Counted from the stretch's first letter, positions 27,637 to 36,977 are shown. The stretch: 64,000 nucleotides of DNA from Patescibacteria group bacterium (GCA_041666485.1 JBAYGW010000005.1:3654-67653); one strand, 5' to 3'. Notes: generated by a model from the sequence alone, not told the origin. Made by a program: numbers and translations.

Positions 27637-28866
27637 ATGTCTAGAAAAAGAAAAGTTAATGTAATAGACTTATTTGCAGGTTGCGGTGGATTAACTGATG
27701 GTTTTGAGTATAAAAATAATTACAATATCTTAGCTACTGTTGAATGGGATAAACAATGCTGCAATACGTTGCAAAATAGATTATCTAAAAAATGGGGTTA
27801 TAAAAATGCGGCAGATTTGGTATTAAACTTTGATATTCAAAGAATAAAAGAATTACTAACTGGTTGGAAAAATGATGTAAAATACGGAAATAATGTCGGC
27901 CTTAAAAAACTAATAGGGAAAAATAAAGTTGATGTAATAGTAGGCGGACCACCATGTCAGGCATACTCTGTGGCCGGAAGAATTAGAGATAAAAATGGGA
28001 TGCACACAGACTATAGGAATTTTCTTTTTGAAAGTTACATTGCTTTAGTTAAAGAATTTAAACCTAAATTCTTTATTTTTGAAAACGTGCCTGGAATATT
28101 GAGTGCAAAACCTGGTGGAATCTCAATTATTGACAGAATAAGAGAATCATTTGGTAAAATAGGATACACCATTGCTGATGACTTAAGAAAAATAGCTATT
28201 GTTGACAGCTCTGATTTTGGTGTTCCTCAAATTAGAAAAAGAGTCATTATTTTAGGTGTAAACAAAAACGTTTATCGTAATAATGCCAACGAAATTATAA
28301 GGGATTTCTACTTCAATATTTTACCTTCCTTGAAATTTAAAAATAAGATGACTGTTAAAGATGCCTTGAATGACTTACCTAAATTCTTTCCATTGAATGA
28401 AAATAAACATAATAATCAATCCCACTCAATTTCCAAAAAATCAAATATATATAATCACATACCTAGATTTCATAGTAAAAGAGATATTGAAATATTTAAA
28501 ATACTTACTAATGATATTAAAAAAAGAGAAAATAAGTATACTTCTATTGCAGAGCTAAAAAAATTGTACTTCAAATTTACTGGAAAAAATTCTAATATCC
28601 ACAAATATCATGTTTTAAAAGAAGATGAACCAAGTAACACTATACCTGCTCACTTATATAAAGACGGTTTAAGACATATTCACCCTGACCCAAAACAAGC
28701 AAGAAGTATAACAGTAAGGGAGGCAGCTAGATTACAAAGCTTTGAAGATAATTTTGAATTTTTAGGAACCATGGGAGATCAATATAAAATGATTGGAAAT
28801 GCCGTCCCCCCAAAATTAGCATATGCTATTTCTGAAGCATTGTATAATTTAATTGAAAAATATTAA
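27637..28866 (+). CDS. DNA (cytosine-5)-methyltransferase, copy 2 (larger target-recognition region)
   Basis: Motif I 'LFAGCGGLTDGF', motif IV 'GGPPCQAYS', motif VI 'ENVPGIL', motif X 'GNAVPP'. Confidence 0.9.
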   Translation: MSRKRKVNVIDLFAGCGGLTDGFEYKNNYNILATVEWDKQCCNTLQNRLSKKWGYKNAADLVLNFDIQRIKELLTGWKNDVKYGNNVGLKKLIGKNKVDVIVGGPPCQAYSVAGRIRDKNGMHTDYRNFLFESYIALVKEFKPKFFIFENVPGILSAKPGGISIIDRIRESFGKIGYTIADDLRKIAIVDSSDFGVPQIRKRVIILGVNKNVYRNNANEIIRDFYFNILPSLKFKNKMTVKDALNDLPKFFPLNENKHNNQSHSISKKSNIYNHIPRFHSKRDIEIFKILTNDIKKRENKYTSIAELKKLYFKFTGKNSNIHKYHVLKEDEPSNTIPAHLYKDGLRHIHPDPKQARSITVREAARLQSFEDNFEFLGTMGDQYKMIGNAVPPKLAYAISEALYNLIEKY

Positions 28867-28883
28867 GCAATAATTTATATTTT

Positions 28884-29870
28884 ATGCCAAAATTTTACAT
28901 AAAAAAATTAACCCCCCAAGAACTTGGATATCGTTCAGGTAGACCAAAAGGTGGCGGTAGATATTTTTATGTTTCAAAGGATTGTTTAGAATTTTTCCCC
29001 CCTTTATCTGAAAACATACTCAATGATTCAGTTTTAATACCTATAATTCCTCCATTCTCGAATAATAAAGTATATAGTAATTTTGTTTATCATAATGATA
29101 AACATGCAATTGAAAACGGTACGAGGGATGAATATAGACTCTATCTTAATAAACAGATTGATCCTAATGGTGAATATTTTAGCATTGACGACATTGTTGT
29201 TTTTGAAAAACAAGAAGAAAAAATTGATCAAGAAATTATTCCAACATATTTTTTAAACAGATTTTTAGCGAGTGCACCAGAATACAATATCTTAAACAAT
29301 ATAATTGAAAAATCTGAAATCAGAGGTGGACATGCACTATATGATGGTGAGCTTTCTGTTTCAACACAAACAACTAAATTTTCTGCAGATAATCGAGTAA
29401 TAATTCCTGAAGAAGTTGAAAAAGAAGTAAAAGATAAACTTACTGAAAACGAAGAAGAAATGGGTGCACACTTATTTAATTCAATAAGTTTTAGGGATTT
29501 TGTCTTAAATAGTTATGGTTATAAATGTGCAATCACAAATAAATCAATCACATGGAAAAATCTTAATAATTTAGAGGCTGCACACATTAAACCGAAATCA
29601 CACAGAGGAAGTTTTCTGCCATGTAATGGAATAGCCTTGTCAAGAGATATGCACTGGGCATTTGATAAAGGATTTATCTCCATAAACGACGATTATACAG
29701 TTTTAGTACACAAGGACGTGAAAGAAACAATGCTTAAAGAAATAGACGGAAAGAAAATTAACTTACCAATAGAAGATTTCTTTAAACCAAACAAAGAGTA
29801 TCTTAAACATCACAGAGAAAATGTATTCGGTCTATTTCATCATTCAGGATCGTTAAGGTCAATTAATTAA
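28884..29870 (+). CDS. Putative restriction endonuclease, HNH (His-Me finger) family, cognate to the adjacent methyltransferases
   Basis: C-terminal 'YKCAITN...LEAAHIKPKSH...NGIALSRDMHWAFDKG' HNH signature. N-terminal region resembles a DNA-binding module. Operonic with the two MTases. Confidence 0.6.
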   Translation: MPKFYIKKLTPQELGYRSGRPKGGGRYFYVSKDCLEFFPPLSENILNDSVLIPIIPPFSNNKVYSNFVYHNDKHAIENGTRDEYRLYLNKQIDPNGEYFSIDDIVVFEKQEEKIDQEIIPTYFLNRFLASAPEYNILNNIIEKSEIRGGHALYDGELSVSTQTTKFSADNRVIIPEEVEKEVKDKLTENEEEMGAHLFNSISFRDFVLNSYGYKCAITNKSITWKNLNNLEAAHIKPKSHRGSFLPCNGIALSRDMHWAFDKGFISINDDYTVLVHKDVKETMLKEIDGKKINLPIEDFFKPNKEYLKHHRENVFGLFHHSGSLRSIN

Positions 29871-30122
29871 ATCAACAAATGTATTTTTAGATTAGGCCGA
29901 ACAGATGCGGATAAATACCCATTACAATACCACTCATGACAAAAATACAAAAAATTGTGGAATATTTCAAAATAAGCAATATGTTCAAATAACAGCAAGT
30001 TATCAGACATAATTTTTATATAATTTTGTTAATTTCCCACGTAACTTGTAGAATTCAGAAATAATGAATAAAGTTTCATTATCATTCAACCAAAACAATA
30101 TTCACAAATAACCATAGATACT

Positions 30123-31406
30123 ATGAAAACACGTTTTCAAACAATGTCTATAAATCGTCTCTTTAAGTATCGTGAAAGAATCGATTTAGAACCGTCTTTT
30201 CAGCGTGAGAAAGTTTGGTCCAGTGACAAGCAACAACACTTCCTAGACACACTTCTAAAAGGTTGGGGAGTGCCAAAATTATACCTTCAACTAGATGAAA
30301 GCCCATCGGGTAAAAGAAACTACATCTGTATTGATGGGAAGCAACGCCTTACATCAGTTTTTTCTTTTTTAGAAAATCGTATACCTCTTAGTAAAAAATA
30401 CTCAGGTGAATTTGGTGGCAAATATTATCTTGATTTACCAGATAAAATTCAGAATAAATTTGATGACTATAAACTTCATATCGAGGAAGTAACTGATCCG
30501 GAAGAAAAGGAAATGAGCGAGCTTTTTAAGCGGTTGCAGCTTGGCTCACCACTCAACTCGGGAGAGAAGCTAATGGCTATAGTTGGAGATATGCACAATC
30601 TTGTAAAGAAATATTCCGTCCATCCATTTTTTAAAAAGAAAGTGGCATTACCGAATACTAGATATGCTCATTTTACTGTATGTGCTCAGGTTTGTTGCTT
30701 AGAGACTGTTGGGATTACAGATATCCCACTTCGCAAATTAGAATTGTTTTTTTCGAGCCACGAGGATTTTCGTAGCAGTGGTTTTGAACTTAAAACAAAG
30801 ATACAAAAAATTAAAGAAGTGCTAGATTATCTCAACAAAATGTTCGCCGCAGAATCACCTGACCTTCGCAATAGAGCAAGTGTAGTATCTATTTATCTAC
30901 TTGTATCTGATTTGATAGATAAGGGAAATATTAAAGGGAAGGAAAATAAATTAAGACGGTTCTTTGCAACATTTACAAAAGAATTACGAAATGAAATTGA
31001 AAAAGGTGTTGGGGCAAAGGACGCACAATTTATAAACTATCAGTCAGCGATTATTCAGGGTGCTGATGATCAAAAGTCTATCAAACTTAGGAGAGAAATA
31101 TTATTGAATAAACTTTATAGTTACGATCCTTTTTTCTATCGAATTATGCATCCACAACTTTCTCCAATTGAAAAATTTAGTAATTTATATGGGAACGTGG
31201 AAGATCGTCTCGGAAACTCGCAGCGAGTAGATGATTGGCTGGTAAGTAAAAAACCGAGAATCAAAACCGTGACTTGTCGAGGTAAAAAAGAGACGTTTAT
31301 AACACATATTAGACATTGCATCCACCATAATAAACATGGTAAATACACAAAATTAGATCTTCGTAATGCAACAAACTTATTAAATCAAATAGGCACTCCA
31401 ACCTAA
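30123..31406 (+). CDS. DUF262 (ParB/Srx-like) domain protein with a His-rich C-terminus. GmrSD-like candidate type IV restriction enzyme.
   Basis: DUF262 blocks 'EPSFQREKVWS', 'LLKGWGVPKLYL', 'IDGKQRLTS'. C-terminal 'HIRHCIHHNKHG...NATNLL' may be a degenerate His-Me finger. Confidence 0.6.
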   Translation: MKTRFQTMSINRLFKYRERIDLEPSFQREKVWSSDKQQHFLDTLLKGWGVPKLYLQLDESPSGKRNYICIDGKQRLTSVFSFLENRIPLSKKYSGEFGGKYYLDLPDKIQNKFDDYKLHIEEVTDPEEKEMSELFKRLQLGSPLNSGEKLMAIVGDMHNLVKKYSVHPFFKKKVALPNTRYAHFTVCAQVCCLETVGITDIPLRKLELFFSSHEDFRSSGFELKTKIQKIKEVLDYLNKMFAAESPDLRNRASVVSIYLLVSDLIDKGNIKGKENKLRRFFATFTKELRNEIEKGVGAKDAQFINYQSAIIQGADDQKSIKLRREILLNKLYSYDPFFYRIMHPQLSPIEKFSNLYGNVEDRLGNSQRVDDWLVSKKPRIKTVTCRGKKETFITHIRHCIHHNKHGKYTKLDLRNATNLLNQIGTPT

Positions 31407-31423
31407 ATACTATGATTAATATA

Positions 31424-31463
31424 CAAAAAAACAAGCCCTGAAATATTCAGAGCCTGTTTTGTT
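31424..31463. terminator. Bidirectional terminator between the convergent DUF262 and carbamoyltransferase genes
   Basis: A7 - GCCCTGAA-atat-TTCAGAGC (one mismatch) - TTTTGTT. Confidence 0.5.
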
Positions 31464-31477
31464 ATATGATTATTATC

Positions 31478-32413
31478 CTATTTCCCCATCAGCCACAGAA
31501 TGATGGCTTTTTGAATATGCATCCTGTTTTCCGCCTGATCGAATATTATGGAGTTTGGATGATCAATAGCGTCACGGGATATCTCATAACCCACGTGGCA
31601 GGGCATACAGTGCATAATTCCGGCCTTGGGGCTGTATTTATCCACGATTCCGGCATTGAGCTGGAACGGCTTGAATTCTTCAATTCTCTTGTCATATTCC
31701 GCTTTAAACTCCGGTTTGACCTTGCCGTCTTCGAAAAATTCCATATCCATCCAGGTGTCCGTATGCACGTAATCCGTATCTTTCATTGCCTCTTCAATAT
31801 CCACTGTTTTATGCACCTTCCCTGTTGCTTCTGCCATTTGGTTCAGCTCTTCATCAACACTGATTTCGTGTACTTTCGGTGCTGCCAGATAGATATCTAT
31901 TCCCAGTTTGGTGCAGACCAGCTTCAAAGTATTGCTGACGTTGTTTTCGATTCCGAGCCAGGTTACTTTTTTAATATTTTCAATTCCCCCGCTGTGTTCC
32001 ACCATCGTCAAAAGATCCCCGAGTGACTGGCATGGATGGTATTTTTCGGAGCAGGCGTCGATTACCGGAATTTTATTGAGGGATGCGGCAATATTGACAT
32101 CATTAAAAGATTTTGCCCGGAACATTAATACGTCGCCGAAACGCATTACGGCCTGAATCTCGTCTTTGTAATCAGTCAGGGCAAATTGCGATGTCCGACT
32201 GTCCAGAAATATTGCATGTCCGCCCAGCTGAGTCATGCCGGCTTCAAAAGAAAGCCTGGTGCGGGTGGATGTCTTCTGGAAAAGCATGATTAATGTTTTG
32301 TTTTTCAAAACATCTCCGTATCTTTCCGGATTAGCTTTGATCTCCTGCGCTTTGCGGATAATCTCCAGAATATCCTCTTTGGAATAGTCTTTTAGTGTAA
32401 GACAGTGTTTCAT
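31478..32413 (-). CDS. Ornithine-carbamoyltransferase-like transcarbamylase (specificity uncertain)
   Basis: 'STRTR', 'HPCQ' and C-terminal 'HCMPCH' (OTCase HCLP-like). Distinct from the bona fide pyrB at 38506. Confidence 0.65.
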   Translation of the reverse strand: MKHCLTLKDYSKEDILEIIRKAQEIKANPERYGDVLKNKTLIMLFQKTSTRTRLSFEAGMTQLGGHAIFLDSRTSQFALTDYKDEIQAVMRFGDVLMFRAKSFNDVNIAASLNKIPVIDACSEKYHPCQSLGDLLTMVEHSGGIENIKKVTWLGIENNVSNTLKLVCTKLGIDIYLAAPKVHEISVDEELNQMAEATGKVHKTVDIEEAMKDTDYVHTDTWMDMEFFEDGKVKPEFKAEYDKRIEEFKPFQLNAGIVDKYSPKAGIMHCMPCHVGYEISRDAIDHPNSIIFDQAENRMHIQKAIILWLMGK

Positions 32414-32420
32414 TGTTTTC

Positions 32421-32488
32421 GTAATTAGTAATTAGTTATTGGTAATTGGTAAGAAGTAATTCGTAATTGGTAAATTATAATTGGTAAT
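32421..32488. repeat. Array of degenerate GTAATTGGTAA-type short tandem repeats (about 6 units) in the promoter region of the carbamoyltransferase gene
   Basis: 'gtaattagtaattagttattggtaattggtaagaagtaattcgtaattggtaaattataattggtaa'. Confidence 0.6.
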
Positions 32489-32533
32489 ATGATGTAACCA
32501 TTGTATGTCCTGAGCGAAGTCGAAGGACGAGCC

Positions 32534-33340
32534 TTACTGAGTTCTTTTCAAATACGCGTCCCATGCCACTTTTTTATATTCTTTTGCGGAAGCAACCGGG
32601 TCATCCGCGCCGTAAATCCCCCGCCCGACGATTATTATATCAGAACCGGCACTTATCACATCCGCCGGAGTGGTATATTGCTGTTTCAGCGCATCTGTGC
32701 CGCCTGCGAGCTTTACTCCCGGAGTCATTATAATAAACTCTTCACTGTTTAGTCCAGAGAGTTTAGCCAGTTCCTGTACATCCCCGCCGTTTCCGATAAA
32801 ACCGATCACAAAATCAGAATAAGTCCGTGCCATATCCACCGCTTTTTTGGTGTATTCATCGGTTGCCAGGTTTCCTGTGGAACTCATCTGTGCCAGCAAA
32901 ATTAATGCTCTCTCTTGTCCGTTCTCTTCGGCCACAGCCTTTAGACCTTCAATAATTCCGGGACCGGGGACAATATGCGCATTGACCATATCCGACCATT
33001 CAACAATTTTATAAATCCCTTTCCCGTACTGCATTTTCACTGTATTGCCGATATCCGCAAATTTTCGGTCCTCAAAGATCAAAAAATTGTGCTTTTTAGC
33101 GAGGTTAGATAACTCTGCGATAAATCCTTCATTAAAGCCTTCTATAATATCTATATGTGTTTTTAGGATGCATAGTTCCGGACCAATCTGGTCCGCCAGT
33201 TTTAGTACTAAATCCGCCTCCGGTTCATCCACCGCCAGTGCGAGGTTAGTCTGTTTTTCATCCATCAGTTGATACAATCTTTTAGCCACCGGGTTTTTGG
33301 CTAATTGTGAACGCTTGAGATATGTTTTAGATTGATTCAT
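32534..33340 (-). CDS. pyrF: Orotidine-5'-phosphate decarboxylase
   Basis: 'ILKTHIDI', 'DRKFADIGNTV', 'GRGI' motifs. Confidence 0.85.
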   Translation of the reverse strand: MNQSKTYLKRSQLAKNPVAKRLYQLMDEKQTNLALAVDEPEADLVLKLADQIGPELCILKTHIDIIEGFNEGFIAELSNLAKKHNFLIFEDRKFADIGNTVKMQYGKGIYKIVEWSDMVNAHIVPGPGIIEGLKAVAEENGQERALILLAQMSSTGNLATDEYTKKAVDMARTYSDFVIGFIGNGGDVQELAKLSGLNSEEFIIMTPGVKLAGGTDALKQQYTTPADVISAGSDIIIVGRGIYGADDPVASAKEYKKVAWDAYLKRTQ

Positions 33341-33352
33341 AGGTAAAATTAA

Positions 33353-34132
33353 TTATTCACTTGGTTCCGCTTCTCTTTTACTTTGCATTCTGGCAAAAGT
33401 CATATAATCAAGTTCCTCCTGCGTCAGTTCCGGATTTTTGAGTTTGTAATAATCAGTATCCGACATCCCTTTTAGATCAGTCTGGTCATATCCGAGGCGC
33501 TGTGCGATTTCCAGGACCTTCTCTTCACTGTCCGCTTCTATCTCAGCCCAGGGCGTACCGGCCGGACCTTCATTCAGCTCAACTTTGCATCCGTCCAGTG
33601 CAAATGTCGTCCGGTATTTCTCTTTCTGCGATTTAACAATATAACCGACCGAGTTTAAAAGTTCAATGATCGAGCTATCCTCCGGCAACTCCGTTTCCAG
33701 TTCCACCCGGTTATCAATTCCTTCTTTATTTTTTCTTGTTTCCTTGACTGTAAAAAGCATCTTGCCGGTATCCTGACGCAATCTGACCATCCGCGTCTTC
33801 GCTCCTTTCGATGTACGCACAATCAGTTCACCATCCTCTGTTTCGGATACTATTTCAATGCCAAGAAATCTGAACATTTCTTTCAGCTTATCTCTATTAT
33901 TGATCTCCTCCAGACTAAACGGCACCTCCGAATTGTTTTCCAGCATATCCGATTTACGGAAACTGCGATCAGACAGTAATCGCCTTTCTCCGATCGGTTC
34001 CGCCCCCAGTGCATTAAGACGTTCTAAAAACTGTTGCGGATCGCCAAGATTAACAATCTTCGCTTCGATCTCTCTGGGCAGTTCCTGTTGTTCACCGGAA
34101 TTTTCGCCCGGAATAAATGGTTTATCAATCAT
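33353..34132 (-). CDS. CYTH-domain (triphosphate tunnel metalloenzyme) protein embedded in the pyr operon
   Basis: N-terminal 'EIEAKI' ExExK motif and acidic/basic pattern of the CYTH fold. About 60-aa C-terminal extension. Confidence 0.55.
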   Translation of the reverse strand: MIDKPFIPGENSGEQQELPREIEAKIVNLGDPQQFLERLNALGAEPIGERRLLSDRSFRKSDMLENNSEVPFSLEEINNRDKLKEMFRFLGIEIVSETEDGELIVRTSKGAKTRMVRLRQDTGKMLFTVKETRKNKEGIDNRVELETELPEDSSIIELLNSVGYIVKSQKEKYRTTFALDGCKVELNEGPAGTPWAEIEADSEEKVLEIAQRLGYDQTDLKGMSDTDYYKLKNPELTQEELDYMTFARMQSKREAEPSE

Positions 34133-34158
34133 ATATTTAACAAATTATCAGTACAATT

Positions 34159-34833
34159 TTACTGAGAAACTCCGTACTTGGCAAGATAGGCTTCCACCCT
34201 GTCCTTCGTTGCATCATCCAGATATATTTTCCCGTCAATTTTCTGGTTGTGTAGCACGTCGATCACCTCTCGTACTGTCACAATTGCTTTTACCGGGATG
34301 CCGAATGATTTTTCAAATTCCAAAAGTGCATCATTGCCGTCATTATCCATTTCCTGCCGGTTGAATGCTATCACCAACCCGGAGAAGATGACATTTTCAA
34401 ATTTTGCTTTGATCATATTCACAGCGTCTTCTTTGGTCTTGCCGGTAGTCATTACATCGTCAATCAGAATAATCTTTTGGCCAGGTGTAGGTTCATAGCC
34501 GACAAACGCGCTTTTGTCGCCGTAATCTTTTACCTCTTTCCGGTCAAAAAGATATCCTTTGTCCATGCCGAAATCTTTCGCCAGCGCCATGGACGTGGCA
34601 ACTGCCAGCGGGATTCCTTTGTAGGCCGGCCCGAAGATCACATCAAAATCCACCACTTCCTCGCGGATCAGCGCGGCGTAAAAATAACCCAGTTTATAGA
34701 TTGAAGATCCGGTATTGAAATTACCGGTTGTGAAAAAATACGGGGAAATGCGTCCGCTTTTTAACGTGAACTCGCCGAATTTCAATGCTTCCGATCTAAC
34801 CAAGAATTCTATAAAATCTTTCTTATAACTCAT
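34159..34833 (-). CDS. pyrE: Orotate phosphoribosyltransferase
   Basis: PRPP-binding 'ILIDDVMTTGKT'. OPRTase layout. Confidence 0.85.
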   Translation of the reverse strand: MSYKKDFIEFLVRSEALKFGEFTLKSGRISPYFFTTGNFNTGSSIYKLGYFYAALIREEVVDFDVIFGPAYKGIPLAVATSMALAKDFGMDKGYLFDRKEVKDYGDKSAFVGYEPTPGQKIILIDDVMTTGKTKEDAVNMIKAKFENVIFSGLVIAFNRQEMDNDGNDALLEFEKSFGIPVKAIVTVREVIDVLHNQKIDGKIYLDDATKDRVEAYLAKYGVSQ

Positions 34834-36109
34834 AATTTATCTCCTTACCTTTAAATTGTTCGTTAATTTCCAAAGAATTGTAAACAATATTTCCGCCGAC
34901 GATTGTTGATACGGGCCAGCCGGTCAGATTCTTCCCGACAAAGGGCGTCCATCCGCATTTAGATTCCATTTCTTCATTGATCACTTCTTTTTCCAGTGAC
35001 ATATCAACGAGTACCAGATCCGCATCGTAGCCCTCCGCTATCTTTCCCTTGTTTTTGATTTTAAATATTCTGGCGGGGTTTTCGCAGACTAACTCAACAA
35101 TTTTCTTCAAATCAATCCTTCCTTTACTCACCTCGTTCAAGAGTAATGGTAACATAGTTTCCACCCCCGGCACACCGGCTGGTGCTTGCCAATACGACTG
35201 CATCTTTTCTTCCTTGGTGTGCGGTGCGTGATCCGTTGCTATCGTATCAACCGTGCCGTCCATTATCCCGCGCCATAGCGCTAAGCGGTCCGCTTCAGGT
35301 CTGAGTGGTGGATTCATCTTGACCCAATTCCCCTGTTTGCCGTATTCACTGCTGTTTAAAAATAAATGATGCGGAGCAACCTCGCAGGTTACCGGAAGGC
35401 CTTTGCTCTTTGCGGATTTGATCAGTTTCAGTTCCCCTGCGGAGCTGACATGACAAAAATGGACGCGGGCTTTGGTTTGTTCCACAATTTCAAGAATATT
35501 TTTTACGGCAATTATTGCCGCCTCCGGCGCCCGTACTTTGGTATGAATCATCGGATCATCCGAATCTTTAAATTCAACGCTTTTTTGCTTAATAAATTCT
35601 TCGTCCTCGGCATGGATCAAAAAAAGTTTGTTGCACTCATTAAATATTTTCTTTACATCTTCCATTTTATCTACCAAAAGATCCCCGGTGGATGACCCGA
35701 AATATATTTTTACTGCCGAAATATTTTTAGCGGAATTTAGAAATTCCAGATTGTCTGTTGTGGCACCGATATGAAAACCGTAATTGATCACACTCTTTTT
35801 TGCTTTTTCCCGTTTCAAATTTAAAGATGCATTATCAATGATCGGCGGGTTGTTGTTCGGCATATCCAGGACTGTGGTGACCCCTCCTTTTACCGCGGAA
35901 CGCGATCCGGTCAGCCAGTCCTCTTTTTGTTCTCCGCCCGGCTCTCGGAAATGTACATGGCCGTCGATTAAACCGGGTAATAATAAAAGACCGGCGCAGT
36001 CAATTGTTTCCTTTTCTATGCCTTTGCCGATTTTACTGATTATTCCGTCTTTAATATGCACATCCGCCTCCTCCGATCCCAGACGGCAATTCTTCAGTGT
36101 ATATTCCAT
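34823..36109 (-). CDS. pyrC: Dihydroorotase
   Basis: Metal-binding 'IDGHVHFREPG'. Amidohydrolase fold. 428 aa. Confidence 0.85.
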   Translation of the reverse strand: MEYTLKNCRLGSEEADVHIKDGIISKIGKGIEKETIDCAGLLLLPGLIDGHVHFREPGGEQKEDWLTGSRSAVKGGVTTVLDMPNNNPPIIDNASLNLKREKAKKSVINYGFHIGATTDNLEFLNSAKNISAVKIYFGSSTGDLLVDKMEDVKKIFNECNKLFLIHAEDEEFIKQKSVEFKDSDDPMIHTKVRAPEAAIIAVKNILEIVEQTKARVHFCHVSSAGELKLIKSAKSKGLPVTCEVAPHHLFLNSSEYGKQGNWVKMNPPLRPEADRLALWRGIMDGTVDTIATDHAPHTKEEKMQSYWQAPAGVPGVETMLPLLLNEVSKGRIDLKKIVELVCENPARIFKIKNKGKIAEGYDADLVLVDMSLEKEVINEEMESKCGWTPFVGKNLTGWPVSTIVGGNIVYNSLEINEQFKGKEINYEL

Positions 36110-36111
36110 AT

Positions 36112-36927
36112 TTAAAATTCCTTCTTTACTCCGGACCCTGACCTGTGGAATTTACCGAATTCAGTGATTGTTCTGGCGCGTTCTGAATCGACGACCGGCC
36201 CTTTGATACACATCGGCTCGCCGGTACCGTCCACGGAACAGGCTCCGCAGACTCCCATACCGCATTTCATGTAGCGTTCAATGCTGATCTGGCAATTAAT
36301 ATTGAGCGGTTCGCAAATATCAAACACCGCTTTTTCCATCAGCTCCGGACCGCAGGTATAAACCAAATCAATTTTTTCTTTACTTAATATTTCTTTCAAG
36401 GGACCTGTAACCATCCCTTTAATTCCGAATGACCCGTCATTGGTCGTGGTATAAACCTTCGCTTTTAAATTATTTAAACGGTCCAGGAATAGCAAATATT
36501 CTTTTGAACGCGCTCCGTTGATAAAATGAATTTCAACATTGTCTTTGGCCAGCTCTTCCGCCATGTTTAATAATGGAGCAACACCGTACCCACCCCCGAC
36601 CATCACCACTTTTTTCGCTCCTTTCTCTTTCCAGAATCCATGTCCATACGGCCCGCGGATTCCTACCCGGTCGCCCACTTTCAGTTTAAAAAGTTCCTCA
36701 GTAAAAGGACCGACTTTCGCAATAGCTAAACCCATCTCATTTCCGGTATCGTAGGCAATACTGAAGGGCTTTTCGTCCAATCCTGGTATCCAGAGCATCG
36801 CAAACTGCCCGGGCTGTGAATTTAAAGCATGCTGAAAATAAAATGTATCCACATTTACATTTTCCTTCTGGCGCCGGACGATCGGCAACATCAGCGGTTT
36901 ATCCAGTTTATTGATCCATTTTTCCAT
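36112..36927 (-). CDS. pyrK: Dihydroorotate dehydrogenase electron-transfer subunit
   Basis: FAD/NAD-binding fold and C-terminal 2Fe-2S cysteines 'CGMGVCGAC'. Confidence 0.85.
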   Translation of the reverse strand: MEKWINKLDKPLMLPIVRRQKENVNVDTFYFQHALNSQPGQFAMLWIPGLDEKPFSIAYDTGNEMGLAIAKVGPFTEELFKLKVGDRVGIRGPYGHGFWKEKGAKKVVMVGGGYGVAPLLNMAEELAKDNVEIHFINGARSKEYLLFLDRLNNLKAKVYTTTNDGSFGIKGMVTGPLKEILSKEKIDLVYTCGPELMEKAVFDICEPLNINCQISIERYMKCGMGVCGACSVDGTGEPMCIKGPVVDSERARTITEFGKFHRSGSGVKKEF

Positions 36928-36977
36928 AAATAATTCCCTAATTTCTTTAAAGTCTAAACAAATTCACATTTTCTCAG

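Noticed and set aside
26562-31406. Looked for integrase, transposase or recombinase genes to explain the defense island and the miaA 3'-end duplication
   Set aside because: None of the ORFs in or around the island shows tyrosine/serine recombinase or DDE transposase motifs. Mobility is inferred only from composition and the direct repeat.
31466-32026. 186-aa plus-strand ORF antisense to the OTCase-like gene
   Set aside because: His/Cys/Phe-rich nonsense translation opposite a well-supported transcarbamylase gene.
32421-32488. Possible CRISPR array (short direct repeats)
   Set aside because: Units are 11-14 bp, degenerate and contiguous without unique spacers. No cas genes. The same holds for the heptamer arrays at 43861 and 53318.
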